IMG/VR virus record: IMGVR_UViG_3300034198_017889
Coordinates: 1 to 64,000 of that record
DNA from: a virus
Length of the DNA: 64,000 bases
Reading direction: 5' to 3' (one strand)
In this document: piece after piece, positions 48,501-58,648 of the stretch
How the letters are laid out: every line of letters begins with the position of its first letter
How positions within the stretch are numbered: position 1 is the first letter of the stretch
The notes under the pieces: model-generated
What the model saw: the letters and a program-made list of their open reading frames with translations, nothing else
Told to the model about the DNA's origin: nothing
The model's database searches: none
Made by a program: the position numbers and the translations under genes

Positions 48501-51500
48501 TTTCTGTTATAAATTTCCTATACTTAATAACGCCAGCTCCTTCTCTATCTCTGGGGATATTCCACCATGGCTGACTGTTTCATCAAGTGTTAACACATCA
48601 TGCCATATCAGCTCGGCTAAATTGAGTCAACCGCAAAGTCAGAGTTACAATTTGCTAGTTAGTGCCGACATCAACAAAGCAAACATATCTCAAGCGCAGA
48701 TCATTAATTATGTAGCTCTCCCGAAAATTTCTTATCCTACCTCAGGCCAAGTTATAAACCTAACAGCTGCAGATTACCAAAATATATTATTCACTACCGA
48801 TTTCCCACTGGCAACAATCATAGCTTCTAACTCCCCAACCTCTTACTCCGCCTCCGGCTTACCTACCGGACTATCAATTACGCCGAATGGGAAAATCATA
48901 GGAAAAACATCAGCAACAGCTGGTGATTATGATGTTGTATTAACTGCCACCAATGGTGCAGGCAGCGAATCCATTTCTGTAACTTTTCATATATCCAGTT
49001 CCGGAATTAGGGATTTAGCTTTCCCGAATATGCCTTACTGCTACAAGATCGCGGGATTTGGGGCGGTAGATCGTTACGAATATTCAGGAACCCTACCAGA
49101 CTGGTTAACTTTTGATGGAAGCCCTACCGCACTGTGTAATTTATATGGAACAGGCACAGGTACCACCGGCGAGGTTTATGATTTAACGCTAACGGGCTAC
49201 AATGGAACCAGCTCTACATCCCTGCCGTACACATTGAGTTATGCTATTACTCCCACCATAACATATCCCATTGCTGGGTCCATATTCACAATTACTCCAC
49301 CAGACTACAACAGTAAGGTGTTCACATTGAATTCACCCCTCTTCAAGGTTACGGCGACTAATAACCCAACCACATTTAGAGCCACAGGTTTCCCATCTAA
49401 TACATTCAGTATAGATCCAGCCACAGGGTCTATTATAGGTTCCACCAGAACCGTGACCACCAACACACCAACACCCATAACAATAACCGCAGTCAATGCC
49501 GCTGGAACATCTGAGTCTATCACAGTTTATTTGGTTGTGAGTTCCACAAGTCAAACACTAGGCATAGACGGATCAACAGGTGAAGTTTGTTCATTATTAA
49601 GTTTAGCTGATAATCCAACCGGACTAACTTTGACAGGCTTACCGTCTTGGCTTACGTTCAGCTACCCCGCCGTTAATAATTGCAACATTTCTGGAACCAT
49701 TCCCACCGGTCAGGTATCAACACAATCATTTACTGCACAGTTAACGAGAATTTATGGAACTGGATCTACCGTCCAGAATTTATTAATTAGTATTACACGA
49801 CCACCTGTAATTACTTCTCCAGATCAAAACATCTACGATATAGCTCCGCCTGATTTTAATAGCAGAATATACACCACGCTATTACCACTATTAACAGTTC
49901 AAGCCACTAACAACCCGACGAGCTTTAGCGCCACAGGGCTTCCTCCGGGATTAACTATAAATTCTTCAGGTAGAGTAATTGGTGGACCCGTTACAGTGGT
50001 AGGTGATTATGCTGTGAGTATAACAGCCACAAATTCGGTAGGCTCATCATCAACAGCCCTATGCACAATATCAGTTACTAACAGCATAAAAAACATCACG
50101 GTGGCAAGAGAAACAGCGATATGTGAAAAGATCATTACCGCCGACGGTGCCACGGTTTACTCCACTGTCGGTAAGTTACCATCAGGAATATCCTTTAATG
50201 GCTCTCCAAATATTAACTGCAATTTTTCGGGGACTCCATTGGTAAGTAACCCTGTGGGTGTGTACCCGATTAATATAACTAGTAAATATCTTGGAGGATC
50301 TAGCACCAGCACTACGAATTTAAACCTAATAGCTGTACCTAAGATAACTTACCCGATCAGCTCAGCCATATTTAAAATATACCCACCAGACTTCACCGCT
50401 GTATCTGGGGATTCAACAACATTCACTGCGGGATACCCACTACTTACTGTACTAGCCACGAACTCACCCATTTCCTTCTCAGCTACTGGATTACCATCAG
50501 GATTAACCATAGATAACTCCGGAAATATAGTTGGAAAAATTACCTCAGGGGTTGGAACATTCAATGTTTCAGTTATTGCAACAAACTCAGTAGGTACATC
50601 TTCAGCATTATCATTTAGTTTATCTCTAGTCAACACAGTTCCAATTATCAGCGCATACCAGGGTAAGGATCTCTGCTATAAGTTTCCAATTCTAAGTAAT
50701 GCTACCGCGTATTCATTATCTGGTGATGTTCCACCCTGGGTTACGGTTAATACATCCGCCAGTGCAGCCTGCCACATTAGTGCAACAAATCCATCTTTAA
50801 ACGCTAGCACCACTTATGAGCTTGTATTGAGCACTGTGATTGGTGGCGCAAATATCAAGCAAAGCCAAGTTATTAAATACACTGCATCGCCGAAGATAAG
50901 CTCACCACAGGCTAATTTGGTAGTTAGCGTATCTGACTTAATAACTTTCACAGAAAACTATCCAGCTGTGGCTGTTTTTGCATCTAACTCCCCAACTTTA
51001 TACTCCTGCACCCCAGGATTACCAGCAGGATTAAGTATCACAAAAACAGGCAAAGTTATAGGTAAAGTGGGTGCGACGGCAGGTAATCATAATGTAGCAA
51101 TATCAGCTACTAATGCAGCCGGTAGTGACTCTGTTGTTGTAACTTTTAATGTTGTGCGAAGTTCAAATAACACGCTGTCTTCAGCTGCTATATTTGGAGA
51201 ATCTTATTGTTTCAAGATTCAAGGTATGGGGACCGCAACTAGCTACGGGTACTCAGGAACACTACCAGAGTGGTTAACATTTAATAGTGATGTTGGTGCA
51301 ACCTGTAATTTATATGGAACAGCAACAGGGCTAACTAATGAAATCTATAATATAACATTAATAGGCTACTATGGAGATTCATCGGTATCCTATAACTTCA
51401 GTTTGCAGTATTCAGCCAAGCCAACTATAACTTATCCAATTGCTGGATCTGTATTTACAATTACTCCCCCAGACTACAAAAGCAAGACATTCACGCTAAC

Positions 51501-54500
51501 TGCACCACTATTTAAAGCAGCCGCAACTAATAATCCAACATCTTTTACAGCTACCGGATTTTCTGAAAATACACTTACAATTGATGCGTCTTCAGGAGCT
51601 ATTATAGGATCCACCAGAACCGCGACCACTAGCTCACCCATACCTATAACAATAACTGCTATTAACGCAGCTGGATCATCTGCACCTGTTATAGTTTACT
51701 TGGTCGTGAAATCCACAACCCAAATACTGAATATTAATGGAAGTAATGCCACGATCTGCCAACTATTAGATAACACAGATAATCCAACCGGACTAACTTT
51801 GACGGGCTTACCATCTTGGCTTACATTCAACTACCCAGCCGTTAATAATTGCAATATATCTGGGACTATTCCCACCGGTCAGGTATCAACACAATCATTT
51901 ACTACTCAGTTAACAAGAATTTATGGAACTGGGTCCACAGTCCAGAATTTATTAATTAGTATTACACAACCACCTGTAATTACTTCTCCAAATCAAAACA
52001 AATACGACATAGCTCCACCTGATTTTAATAGCAGAGTATACACAACCAGTTCACCATTACTCACAGTTCAAACCACGAACTCACCCATTTCCTTCTCAGC
52101 TACAGGTCTCCCACCAGGATTAACCGTGGATTCTCTAGGCAGAGTAATTGGTGGACCTGTTACAGTGGTAGGTGATTATGCTGTGAGTATAGCAGCCACA
52201 AATTCAGTTGGTTCCTCCGCACTAGCTTATTGCACAATAGCTGTTACTAGTAACTTAAAAAACATAACATTAACTAAAGAAACTCCCGTCTGTGAGAAAA
52301 TTAATACTGAAGATGCTGCAACAATATACTCCATTTCAGGTAAGTTACCATCAGGAATATCCTTTAATGGCTCCCCAAGTATTAACTGCAATTTCTCGGG
52401 GACTCCCCTGGTAAGTAATACCGTGGGTGCATATCCAATTCTTATAACTAGTAAATATCTTGGAGGATCTAGCACTAGCACTACGAATTTAAACCTAATA
52501 GATGTACCTAAGATAACTTATCCTGTTAGTGCAACTACATTTAAAATATACCCACCAGACTTTACTACTTCAGGGGCGGACACAACCACATTCACAGATG
52601 TATCCCCGCTCCTGACTGTACTAGCCACAAACTCACCCATATCTTTTGCGGCCACCGGGCTTCCATCCGGTTTATCCATCACCAACCAGGGAAATATAGT
52701 TGGAAAAATTACAGAGAGCAGCGGAACATTCAATGTTTCAGTTGTTGCAACAAATTCTGTAGGAGCGTCAGCTTCATTAGTATTCAATCTGTCTCTCTCC
52801 AATGTTTCCCCAACTATAAACGCTTATCAGGGTAAGGATCTATGCTATAAGTTTCCAATTCTAAGTAATGCTACCTCGTACTCATTATCTGGTGATGTTC
52901 CACCCTGGATAACAATAAACCCGTCCACAAAGGCAACCTGCCACATCAGCGCCACAAGCCAAACCATATCAGCTAACAACGTTTATAACTTTGTGCTAAA
53001 CGCTGTGATTTCTGGCGCGAACATAAAGCAAAACCAAACCCTTAATTACACAGCAATACCACAGATATCCTCACCTTCTACTAATTCTACCGTTGGTGTG
53101 GTTGATTTAGTGACTTTTACAGAGAATTATCCAGCAATTGCTATTACAGCTAATAATAACCCAACAACATACACATGTAACCCTAGTTTGCCGGCAGGCC
53201 TTAGTCTATCAACATCTGGAAAAGTTATAGGGAAAGTATCAGCCGCTGCAGGTAATTATTCAGTTACATTAAGCGCTACTAACTCAGCCGGCAGCAGTTC
53301 AGTTGTTGTTAATTTTGTTGTGTCACGAACCACCAACAATACTTTATCGTCAGTCGCAACCGAGAATAACCAATACTGTTACAAGATCTCAGGTCTGGGG
53401 TTAGCAACAAGCTACGGATATTCAGGCACATTACCACCATGGCTAACTTTTGATGGGGGTGTGAGCGCAACCTGTAATTTATATGGAACCGGAGAGGGAG
53501 CTACTAACGAAACATATAATCTAACATTAATAGGCTACTATGGAAATTCATCTGTGTCTGTTAACTTTAGTTTGCGCTACTCAGCTAAGCCAACCATAAC
53601 ATATCCGATTGCTGGGTCTATATTCACAATTACACCACCAGACTACAACAGTAAGGTGTTTACTCTGGCGTCCCCACTTTTTAAAGCTGCGGCAAGTAAT
53701 AATCCGACTTCATTTGAGGCCACCGGATTTAATGCGAATACACTTAGAATTGACTCAGCTTCAGGGGCAATCATAGGGTCTACCGGCCCATTGGTGATCA
53801 ACACCCCAGTACCTATATCAATCACAGCGATTAATTCAGCTGGACGCTCACAGCCTGTCACAGTTTATTTGCAGGTGAATTCCACAAGCCAAACAATAAA
53901 CATTGATGGGAGTAGTAACTCTGTTTGTTCACTATTAAACTTATCGGATAACCCCACGGGTTTAACCATCACAGGTTTACCCAGCTGGCTTTATCTCAAT
54001 TACCCAGCTATTAATAATTGCACTATCTCTGGGACTATTCCTTCGTTAATAACCACCAATCAGACATTCACAACCCAACTCACTAGAAGTTATGGGGTTG
54101 GAGCAACACTACAAAAGATAACATTTAATGTGGTGAGACCGCCCGTGATCACTTCCCCAAATCAAAACAAATACGACATAGCTCCACCTGATTTTAATAG
54201 CAGAGTATACACAACCAGTTCACCATTACTCACAATTCAAACCACGAACACACCCACAACCATAACCGCTACAGGTCTCCCACCAGGATTAACCGTGGAT
54301 TCTCTAGGCAGAGTAATTGGTGGACCTGTTACGGTTACGGGTACTTATAACCCAGAATTCACAGCACATAACTTCGCAGGATCTTCCACAGCTAGCTGTG
54401 AGATATTAGCCACCAATATTACGGAAGTAATCAGCGCCTTGGAGGGTGTGGCTTTGTGCAAATCAATAATAACCCGTGATGGTGCAACAAGTTATTCACT

Positions 54501-57237
54501 CTCAGGAGCTTTACCAACAGGCTTGGTATTTGACGGTTCACCGGCTGCCCCATGCTCCTTCTCAGGAACTCCCACAGGTGCCAGCAATACTGGAGTATTT
54601 CCTGTGGATATATTAAGTACATATATAGGAGGATCCAGCAAAACCACAGTTAATTTTAATTTCGTGGCTGTTCCCAAAATAACCACAACAACCGCCACAT
54701 ATAGGATTTTACCAAGTACTTATATTTCAGGATCACCCTATACAGACAGTCAACCAATCATAAGTATATCATCTTTAAACGACCCAACCGCATTCTCCGC
54801 AACGGGGCTTCCACCAGGATTAACCGTCACATGTTACGGTAACATAGTTGGGTCACTGTCCGCACAGTCTGTGGGGCTATACTCTGTATCGGTAACCGCA
54901 GCAAATAGTGCGGGAACTTCAAAAATTTATAAATTCAGTTTAGACTTAACTAAGAAAAAATCAATTATATCTTGGTCTAATCCTCAACCGATGGTTTACG
55001 GTACGGCTCTCAGTGAAACCCAATTAAACGCCGAAGCCAAAGACTCAGCAAATATCGCTATACCTGGGATATTCACATATTCACCTTCTGCAGGTCAGGT
55101 GCTCTCAGCTGGAACAAAAACGCTGTCTGTTACGTTCACACCAAATAACTCCGTAGATATAGACATAGCCACAAAGTCAGTAAGTATAAATATCTCAAAG
55201 ATAACTCCTACTATAACTTGGGCTAACCCAAACCCGATAGATTTCGGCACCTTACTCGGAGACACACAACTTAACGCCACGGTTGATGGTGCTGTGGTGG
55301 GTGGTCAAAATATTTCTATAGCCGGAAAAATGGTTTATTCACCTGCTCCGTTATCCACGCCAAACGCCGGAACGGACACCCTCACGGCCACCTTTACCCC
55401 TACTGACACACTCAACTATAGCACTGCAAGAAAGACTGTGACTATATTAGTTGAGAAGATACATCCATATGTGAGTTGGCCAACACCCTCAACCATTATA
55501 TACGGAACAGCCCTAACCAATAGTCAGTTAAATGCTAAAGCTTATTTATCTGAGTCGAATACCGCAACAACAGTATCCGGCACTTTTACGTATAGTCCGA
55601 TATTAGGTTCAGTTCTTGATGCACCAGCTCAAACCTTAACTACTACTTTTATACCTACCACGCCAAGTAATTACCTCCCTGATCCTGTTGTCAAAACTGT
55701 GCAAATTACCATAGAGAAAGCTACTCCAACAATTGTTTGGCCTTCACCAGCTAGTCTAACATATGGAGAATTTCTAAGTTCAACCCAACTCAACGCCTCA
55801 GAGAAAAACTCAGTACCTGGAGTTTTCTCTTACTCTCCAGCCTCTGGGGTAAAACTTAACTCAGGATCATCCCAAACACTATCAACTACATTCACACCCA
55901 CAGCCTCAAATAACTATAAAACAGTTAGTACTACCACAAAAATTACTGTAAATAAAGCCACTCCAACCATAAACTGGGACACACCTTCTCCTATATCCTA
56001 CGGAACACCACTTAGCACAACTCAGCTGAATGCATCAGTTCAGGAAGCTGTTCCTGGGGTGTTTGAATATTTGCCAGCTATAGGAACCGTGCTTGCGGGT
56101 GGGTCTAAATCATTACAAGTTACTTTCACCCCTGAAGATCTTTTAAATTACAATAAGGTGACTAGAACTGTCTCAATACTTGTAAATCCAGCTACCCCGG
56201 TGATCACGTGGCCCGCAATCACTAGTATAACGTATGGAACATTGATTGGTGTTACCCAGTTAAACGCTGAAGCCAGAAACCCTAATGGAGATAACTCGAT
56301 TGCCCCTGGAACTTTAACATACTCGGTGAGCTCTGGTACAAAATTAAATGCGGACACATACAGCCTAACCGTCTCCTTCACACCATCAGATATAAAAAAC
56401 TTCAACTCAGTCACAGGTACAAACACATTAATTGTTAATAAAGTGATTCCTAGATTATTGTGGGGTAGCCTTAAAGATATTACATATCCTAAGGTTTTAA
56501 CAACAGAACTCAACGCCACCGCCGTTGAGGGTACCTCCACAACCGTATCAGGTACTTTTGAATATACTGATAGCGGAAATAATATTTTAACCACAGGATC
56601 GCTACTCAACGCCGGATATAACACAATAACAGCAAAATTCTCACCCACCGATACAGTTAATTACGCAATACCAGCTAATATAACAAACACTCTCCAAGTA
56701 CTCAGGGGCTTTCCTTATGTTACTTGGGAGACTAGGTCCCCCTCTACCTTACCGTACTCAAGTAAATACCTGGGACTGGACCATATCCTAGGAGCTTATA
56801 CTGCATCCACAGGAGCCGTCGCTGTTCCTGGTGTTTTTTCAAAATCCCCAGAATCACTCACAAAAAATACAACCAGCATAACTCCACCAAACAACACCCT
56901 GCAAATCTCAGGAGGTTTCACACCAACAGATACCGCAAATTGGTACTCTGTGAGTAAAGCACAAACAATATATTCTAGTATATGTTCTCCCACAGTTACA
57001 TGGAGTACACCGGCTCCATTAAGTTTAGGAGGCAACACATCAGTAACTCTCACAAGCGCACAATTAAATGCAGTTGTGACTGACTGTGGTGGCGACCCCG
57101 CCTTGGGTACGATTGTGTATACACCACCAATAGGTTCAACTATTTCCGAAACAACAGTTGTTTATATGGAATTCACATCATCCAACGATAAAATCCTGAA
57201 TGCTGTGGTGTATCGTACTGTTGCGGTTACCTCTTGA
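45589..57237 (+). CDS. Giant 3882-aa fibre/adhesin: anchor domain, about 28 He_PIG-like Ig domains and 9 MBG-like domains
   Basis: LEYLSGNSLISYP start; repeated ATNxPTSFSATGLPxGLxI..GxIIG; C-terminal PTIxW..P..IxYGTxL...QLNA repeats. Confidence 0.85.
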   Translation: MPALEYLSGNSLISYPFKDGRAVNSYLPLGDDTFLDALFVISGEVGISRPYISHISTAQSVITFELSDVVGGLFGVVELPTSSAVNHLDSVGDNFFHVTNSTWSAKFVFGPGIFELHTPGINIQFTPDETEFSPSVVIHTVPMVTALNFESYHNDGTLAAQTPEAVHIYSPGEEAKMTNGSNNVFNFLSPETMYLDIQRGAGTGLHDPCASGNITDIYSINRITPDSQGSMFFSASDCYSMELLTYNDTQLYSFIPDIASRYGDFATPIPQIGNTPGYTQYFNAIAPEMGGHGLVMQNHCQPKCPPQNLNAFAEYLNRVTDGAAELYKFVSNSYETYGTGTLSGDIFTVEVFCGTTLPDNWVSGVCSGSFTKYFHEGKTLQIRYDSTTIKSYKILDVLSNSAVRLNLEATNPPTINVSGPAPFKILELGIKNKLNSAILTNNEKLLTKNVPSIDINYGTVEAYNAVKDYGTFITAIVVIYNPTPAPLNFSVSWDTNNITKVVPSSIKTKTSSGVISYGGTVGIINCKDYATFEAIFFIPCSTSENSPNEGSVTFNVLNTADNLDLENSPKSVMATAATCVSADQAIIYVKALEGAPFSYYLPVGPGVTSLSFSGNAPNWLTFDNSITPGAGNLHGTPTGSVSGSYTISAGINSAGGSTAQTIVLTYVAKPRIVYPEDSSTIQIYPPDTNSRTYTEGAPLTPIVATNSPSGYSIVGAPLGLRQVGNGLIGQITLGSNPTFPINYVLTMSASNEAGESLPVTVNLELTNVPISTPAATYGTQFCYSIISGPEVLSQSVITSLPNWLSFNPAVNLVSSTTPPVCSLSGMNTSYSGKPEIVIVRQNLKGGSYRLVQYIIPYSSIPNITYPTPGAIFNVYPPNFVNSGDGATVFTAAYPLLKVYSTNTTTSFNATGLPLGLSIDNSGNIVGKITSGAGIYSTTITATNSVGTSPPVTFSFDLLDQVPTINAYQGKAFCYKFPILNNASSFSISGDIPPWLTVSSSVNTSCHISSAKLSQPQSQSYNLLVSADINKANISQAQIINYVALPKISYPTSGQVINLTAADYQNILFTTDFPLATIIASNSPTSYSASGLPTGLSITPNGKIIGKTSATAGDYDVVLTATNGAGSESISVTFHISSSGIRDLAFPNMPYCYKIAGFGAVDRYEYSGTLPDWLTFDGSPTALCNLYGTGTGTTGEVYDLTLTGYNGTSSTSLPYTLSYAITPTITYPIAGSIFTITPPDYNSKVFTLNSPLFKVTATNNPTTFRATGFPSNTFSIDPATGSIIGSTRTVTTNTPTPITITAVNAAGTSESITVYLVVSSTSQTLGIDGSTGEVCSLLSLADNPTGLTLTGLPSWLTFSYPAVNNCNISGTIPTGQVSTQSFTAQLTRIYGTGSTVQNLLISITRPPVITSPDQNIYDIAPPDFNSRIYTTLLPLLTVQATNNPTSFSATGLPPGLTINSSGRVIGGPVTVVGDYAVSITATNSVGSSSTALCTISVTNSIKNITVARETAICEKIITADGATVYSTVGKLPSGISFNGSPNINCNFSGTPLVSNPVGVYPINITSKYLGGSSTSTTNLNLIAVPKITYPISSAIFKIYPPDFTAVSGDSTTFTAGYPLLTVLATNSPISFSATGLPSGLTIDNSGNIVGKITSGVGTFNVSVIATNSVGTSSALSFSLSLVNTVPIISAYQGKDLCYKFPILSNATAYSLSGDVPPWVTVNTSASAACHISATNPSLNASTTYELVLSTVIGGANIKQSQVIKYTASPKISSPQANLVVSVSDLITFTENYPAVAVFASNSPTLYSCTPGLPAGLSITKTGKVIGKVGATAGNHNVAISATNAAGSDSVVVTFNVVRSSNNTLSSAAIFGESYCFKIQGMGTATSYGYSGTLPEWLTFNSDVGATCNLYGTATGLTNEIYNITLIGYYGDSSVSYNFSLQYSAKPTITYPIAGSVFTITPPDYKSKTFTLTAPLFKAAATNNPTSFTATGFSENTLTIDASSGAIIGSTRTATTSSPIPITITAINAAGSSAPVIVYLVVKSTTQILNINGSNATICQLLDNTDNPTGLTLTGLPSWLTFNYPAVNNCNISGTIPTGQVSTQSFTTQLTRIYGTGSTVQNLLISITQPPVITSPNQNKYDIAPPDFNSRVYTTSSPLLTVQTTNSPISFSATGLPPGLTVDSLGRVIGGPVTVVGDYAVSIAATNSVGSSALAYCTIAVTSNLKNITLTKETPVCEKINTEDAATIYSISGKLPSGISFNGSPSINCNFSGTPLVSNTVGAYPILITSKYLGGSSTSTTNLNLIDVPKITYPVSATTFKIYPPDFTTSGADTTTFTDVSPLLTVLATNSPISFAATGLPSGLSITNQGNIVGKITESSGTFNVSVVATNSVGASASLVFNLSLSNVSPTINAYQGKDLCYKFPILSNATSYSLSGDVPPWITINPSTKATCHISATSQTISANNVYNFVLNAVISGANIKQNQTLNYTAIPQISSPSTNSTVGVVDLVTFTENYPAIAITANNNPTTYTCNPSLPAGLSLSTSGKVIGKVSAAAGNYSVTLSATNSAGSSSVVVNFVVSRTTNNTLSSVATENNQYCYKISGLGLATSYGYSGTLPPWLTFDGGVSATCNLYGTGEGATNETYNLTLIGYYGNSSVSVNFSLRYSAKPTITYPIAGSIFTITPPDYNSKVFTLASPLFKAAASNNPTSFEATGFNANTLRIDSASGAIIGSTGPLVINTPVPISITAINSAGRSQPVTVYLQVNSTSQTINIDGSSNSVCSLLNLSDNPTGLTITGLPSWLYLNYPAINNCTISGTIPSLITTNQTFTTQLTRSYGVGATLQKITFNVVRPPVITSPNQNKYDIAPPDFNSRVYTTSSPLLTIQTTNTPTTITATGLPPGLTVDSLGRVIGGPVTVTGTYNPEFTAHNFAGSSTASCEILATNITEVISALEGVALCKSIITRDGATSYSLSGALPTGLVFDGSPAAPCSFSGTPTGASNTGVFPVDILSTYIGGSSKTTVNFNFVAVPKITTTTATYRILPSTYISGSPYTDSQPIISISSLNDPTAFSATGLPPGLTVTCYGNIVGSLSAQSVGLYSVSVTAANSAGTSKIYKFSLDLTKKKSIISWSNPQPMVYGTALSETQLNAEAKDSANIAIPGIFTYSPSAGQVLSAGTKTLSVTFTPNNSVDIDIATKSVSINISKITPTITWANPNPIDFGTLLGDTQLNATVDGAVVGGQNISIAGKMVYSPAPLSTPNAGTDTLTATFTPTDTLNYSTARKTVTILVEKIHPYVSWPTPSTIIYGTALTNSQLNAKAYLSESNTATTVSGTFTYSPILGSVLDAPAQTLTTTFIPTTPSNYLPDPVVKTVQITIEKATPTIVWPSPASLTYGEFLSSTQLNASEKNSVPGVFSYSPASGVKLNSGSSQTLSTTFTPTASNNYKTVSTTTKITVNKATPTINWDTPSPISYGTPLSTTQLNASVQEAVPGVFEYLPAIGTVLAGGSKSLQVTFTPEDLLNYNKVTRTVSILVNPATPVITWPAITSITYGTLIGVTQLNAEARNPNGDNSIAPGTLTYSVSSGTKLNADTYSLTVSFTPSDIKNFNSVTGTNTLIVNKVIPRLLWGSLKDITYPKVLTTELNATAVEGTSTTVSGTFEYTDSGNNILTTGSLLNAGYNTITAKFSPTDTVNYAIPANITNTLQVLRGFPYVTWETRSPSTLPYSSKYLGLDHILGAYTASTGAVAVPGVFSKSPESLTKNTTSITPPNNTLQISGGFTPTDTANWYSVSKAQTIYSSICSPTVTWSTPAPLSLGGNTSVTLTSAQLNAVVTDCGGDPALGTIVYTPPIGSTISETTVVYMEFTSSNDKILNAVVYRTVAVTS
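48160..54680 (+). repeat. Three tandem copies of a 2169-nt (723-aa, 8-domain) unit
   Basis: Equivalent codons at 48211/50380/52549, 48472/50641/52810 and 49621/51790/53959. Boundaries are approximate. Confidence 0.9.
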
Positions 57238-57278
57238 GGTTAATCAAAAAACACATATTAACTATAAAAAAATACAAT

Positions 57279-57306
57279 TTGATGTTGTGCTATGTGCGCG
57301 TATAAT
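57279..57306 (+). promoter_or_regulatory. Sigma70-like promoter
   Basis: TTGATG-N16-TATAAT. Confidence 0.6.
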
Positions 57307-57320
57307 CAATATTTAAGACC

Positions 57321-58646
57321 ATGGCAATTAACACTCTAAATTTTTTAAACAAGAACCAGTTTAGGAACTACCCCATCAAGGCGGAATCCGAGTTAATGGC
57401 TATTGATGGTAAGAAGATAACCACGGAACTTTTAGTGGGCTGCAGCATATCTACCACCAAGAACAGGCGTAATCTATTCATACACCAGGTCACTGTATCT
57501 TCTAATAACATATCTATTGTTGTTGCCGCACACTTAGATAACGGAGATTTTGAGAGTTTGGGTATTTTTTCTGGTCTGGTGGTTTCAGATTTCACAGAGT
57601 TACAATTGAGCGCTTTTTCTCCTTTCGTGAGTGGGAGTATAATAATTGGCTCTGTTGAGGCTATGAGAGCCTTGAGTGGGGTGTATACTTTTCCTGAGGA
57701 CGCTCTACCTCTAGAGGAATCAACTATTTTTTACTACACACCGCCCGCCGTAACCAGTGTTGTTAATAACCATTTGAGTCTCAGGGGTAATGTAAAATTT
57801 GGAGTATTGAACAATCTAGTAAAATCTAGGGATGGTAACAATATTCTTTTTGGTGTTATTGATTCAGCGAGTGTAGCCAGCTTGGCAGATACACACTCAT
57901 CGTTCAATAACTGTAGTACACCAGTTATTAGATATGTGAATGGTGCTGTGCCATTCTATGACAATTCTGAAAATTACGAAGATCTACAGGGAAATCTTTT
58001 TATGGTGGGTGTGTCGCCAATTGTTTTCTACGGCAAACAAGGTGAAAATACCACAAATGGTGAAAATTTACCTGTATTTAATGGTAGTATAGCCACAGGT
58101 ACTGTAGCAATTTCTGGAGCCCCACTAACACTACAATCGCTATGCACCACACGTAATTCAGTTCTACCACCTATATCTCCAACGTATATCCACAATATGC
58201 CAAATGATATTAGTGACAACCCAACCTTCATAGGTAAGAAGAATTATTATTCCAAGTCAGAATATACTCCGGTTAATTTCATTGACGCAGATATGCCTGA
58301 GTTTTCGTGGTGGCCTCAATTCTTAAAAGGAATAACTCCATTAAGGCCAGTAACTGCTAGTCAGCTATCATCAGCCACCATAGGTACAGCGCCAGTTCTC
58401 ACAGATACCAAAAAAATTCTGGCTGTTACACTTATAAACACCGGTGAGGCCCAGATTTCTGTAACAATTAAAATGGACGGACTAGCCCTGCCGGATTACA
58501 CAGAGATAATTTTAGAGCCTCATAGATCCACCACAATTAAAGGAAAACTAGAGACTCTGGTTGTATCAGGTAGTTTGTTTACTATATACTTCAATAGTGT
58601 GACTGGTGGGAATTCTTTCGTACAGCCATACGTATTCTATAGATAA
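57321..58646 (+). CDS. Fibre-anchor family paralog 3
   Basis: LNFLNKNQFRNYP start; IRYVNGAVP. Confidence 0.7.
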   Translation: MAINTLNFLNKNQFRNYPIKAESELMAIDGKKITTELLVGCSISTTKNRRNLFIHQVTVSSNNISIVVAAHLDNGDFESLGIFSGLVVSDFTELQLSAFSPFVSGSIIIGSVEAMRALSGVYTFPEDALPLEESTIFYYTPPAVTSVVNNHLSLRGNVKFGVLNNLVKSRDGNNILFGVIDSASVASLADTHSSFNNCSTPVIRYVNGAVPFYDNSENYEDLQGNLFMVGVSPIVFYGKQGENTTNGENLPVFNGSIATGTVAISGAPLTLQSLCTTRNSVLPPISPTYIHNMPNDISDNPTFIGKKNYYSKSEYTPVNFIDADMPEFSWWPQFLKGITPLRPVTASQLSSATIGTAPVLTDTKKILAVTLINTGEAQISVTIKMDGLALPDYTEIILEPHRSTTIKGKLETLVVSGSLFTIYFNSVTGGNSFVQPYVFYR

Positions 58647-58648
58647 TC

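Noticed and set aside
48160-57237. CRISPR array or diversity-generating retroelement repeats
   Set aside because: Repeats are in-frame protein domains; no spacers, reverse transcriptase or evident adenine-specific variation.
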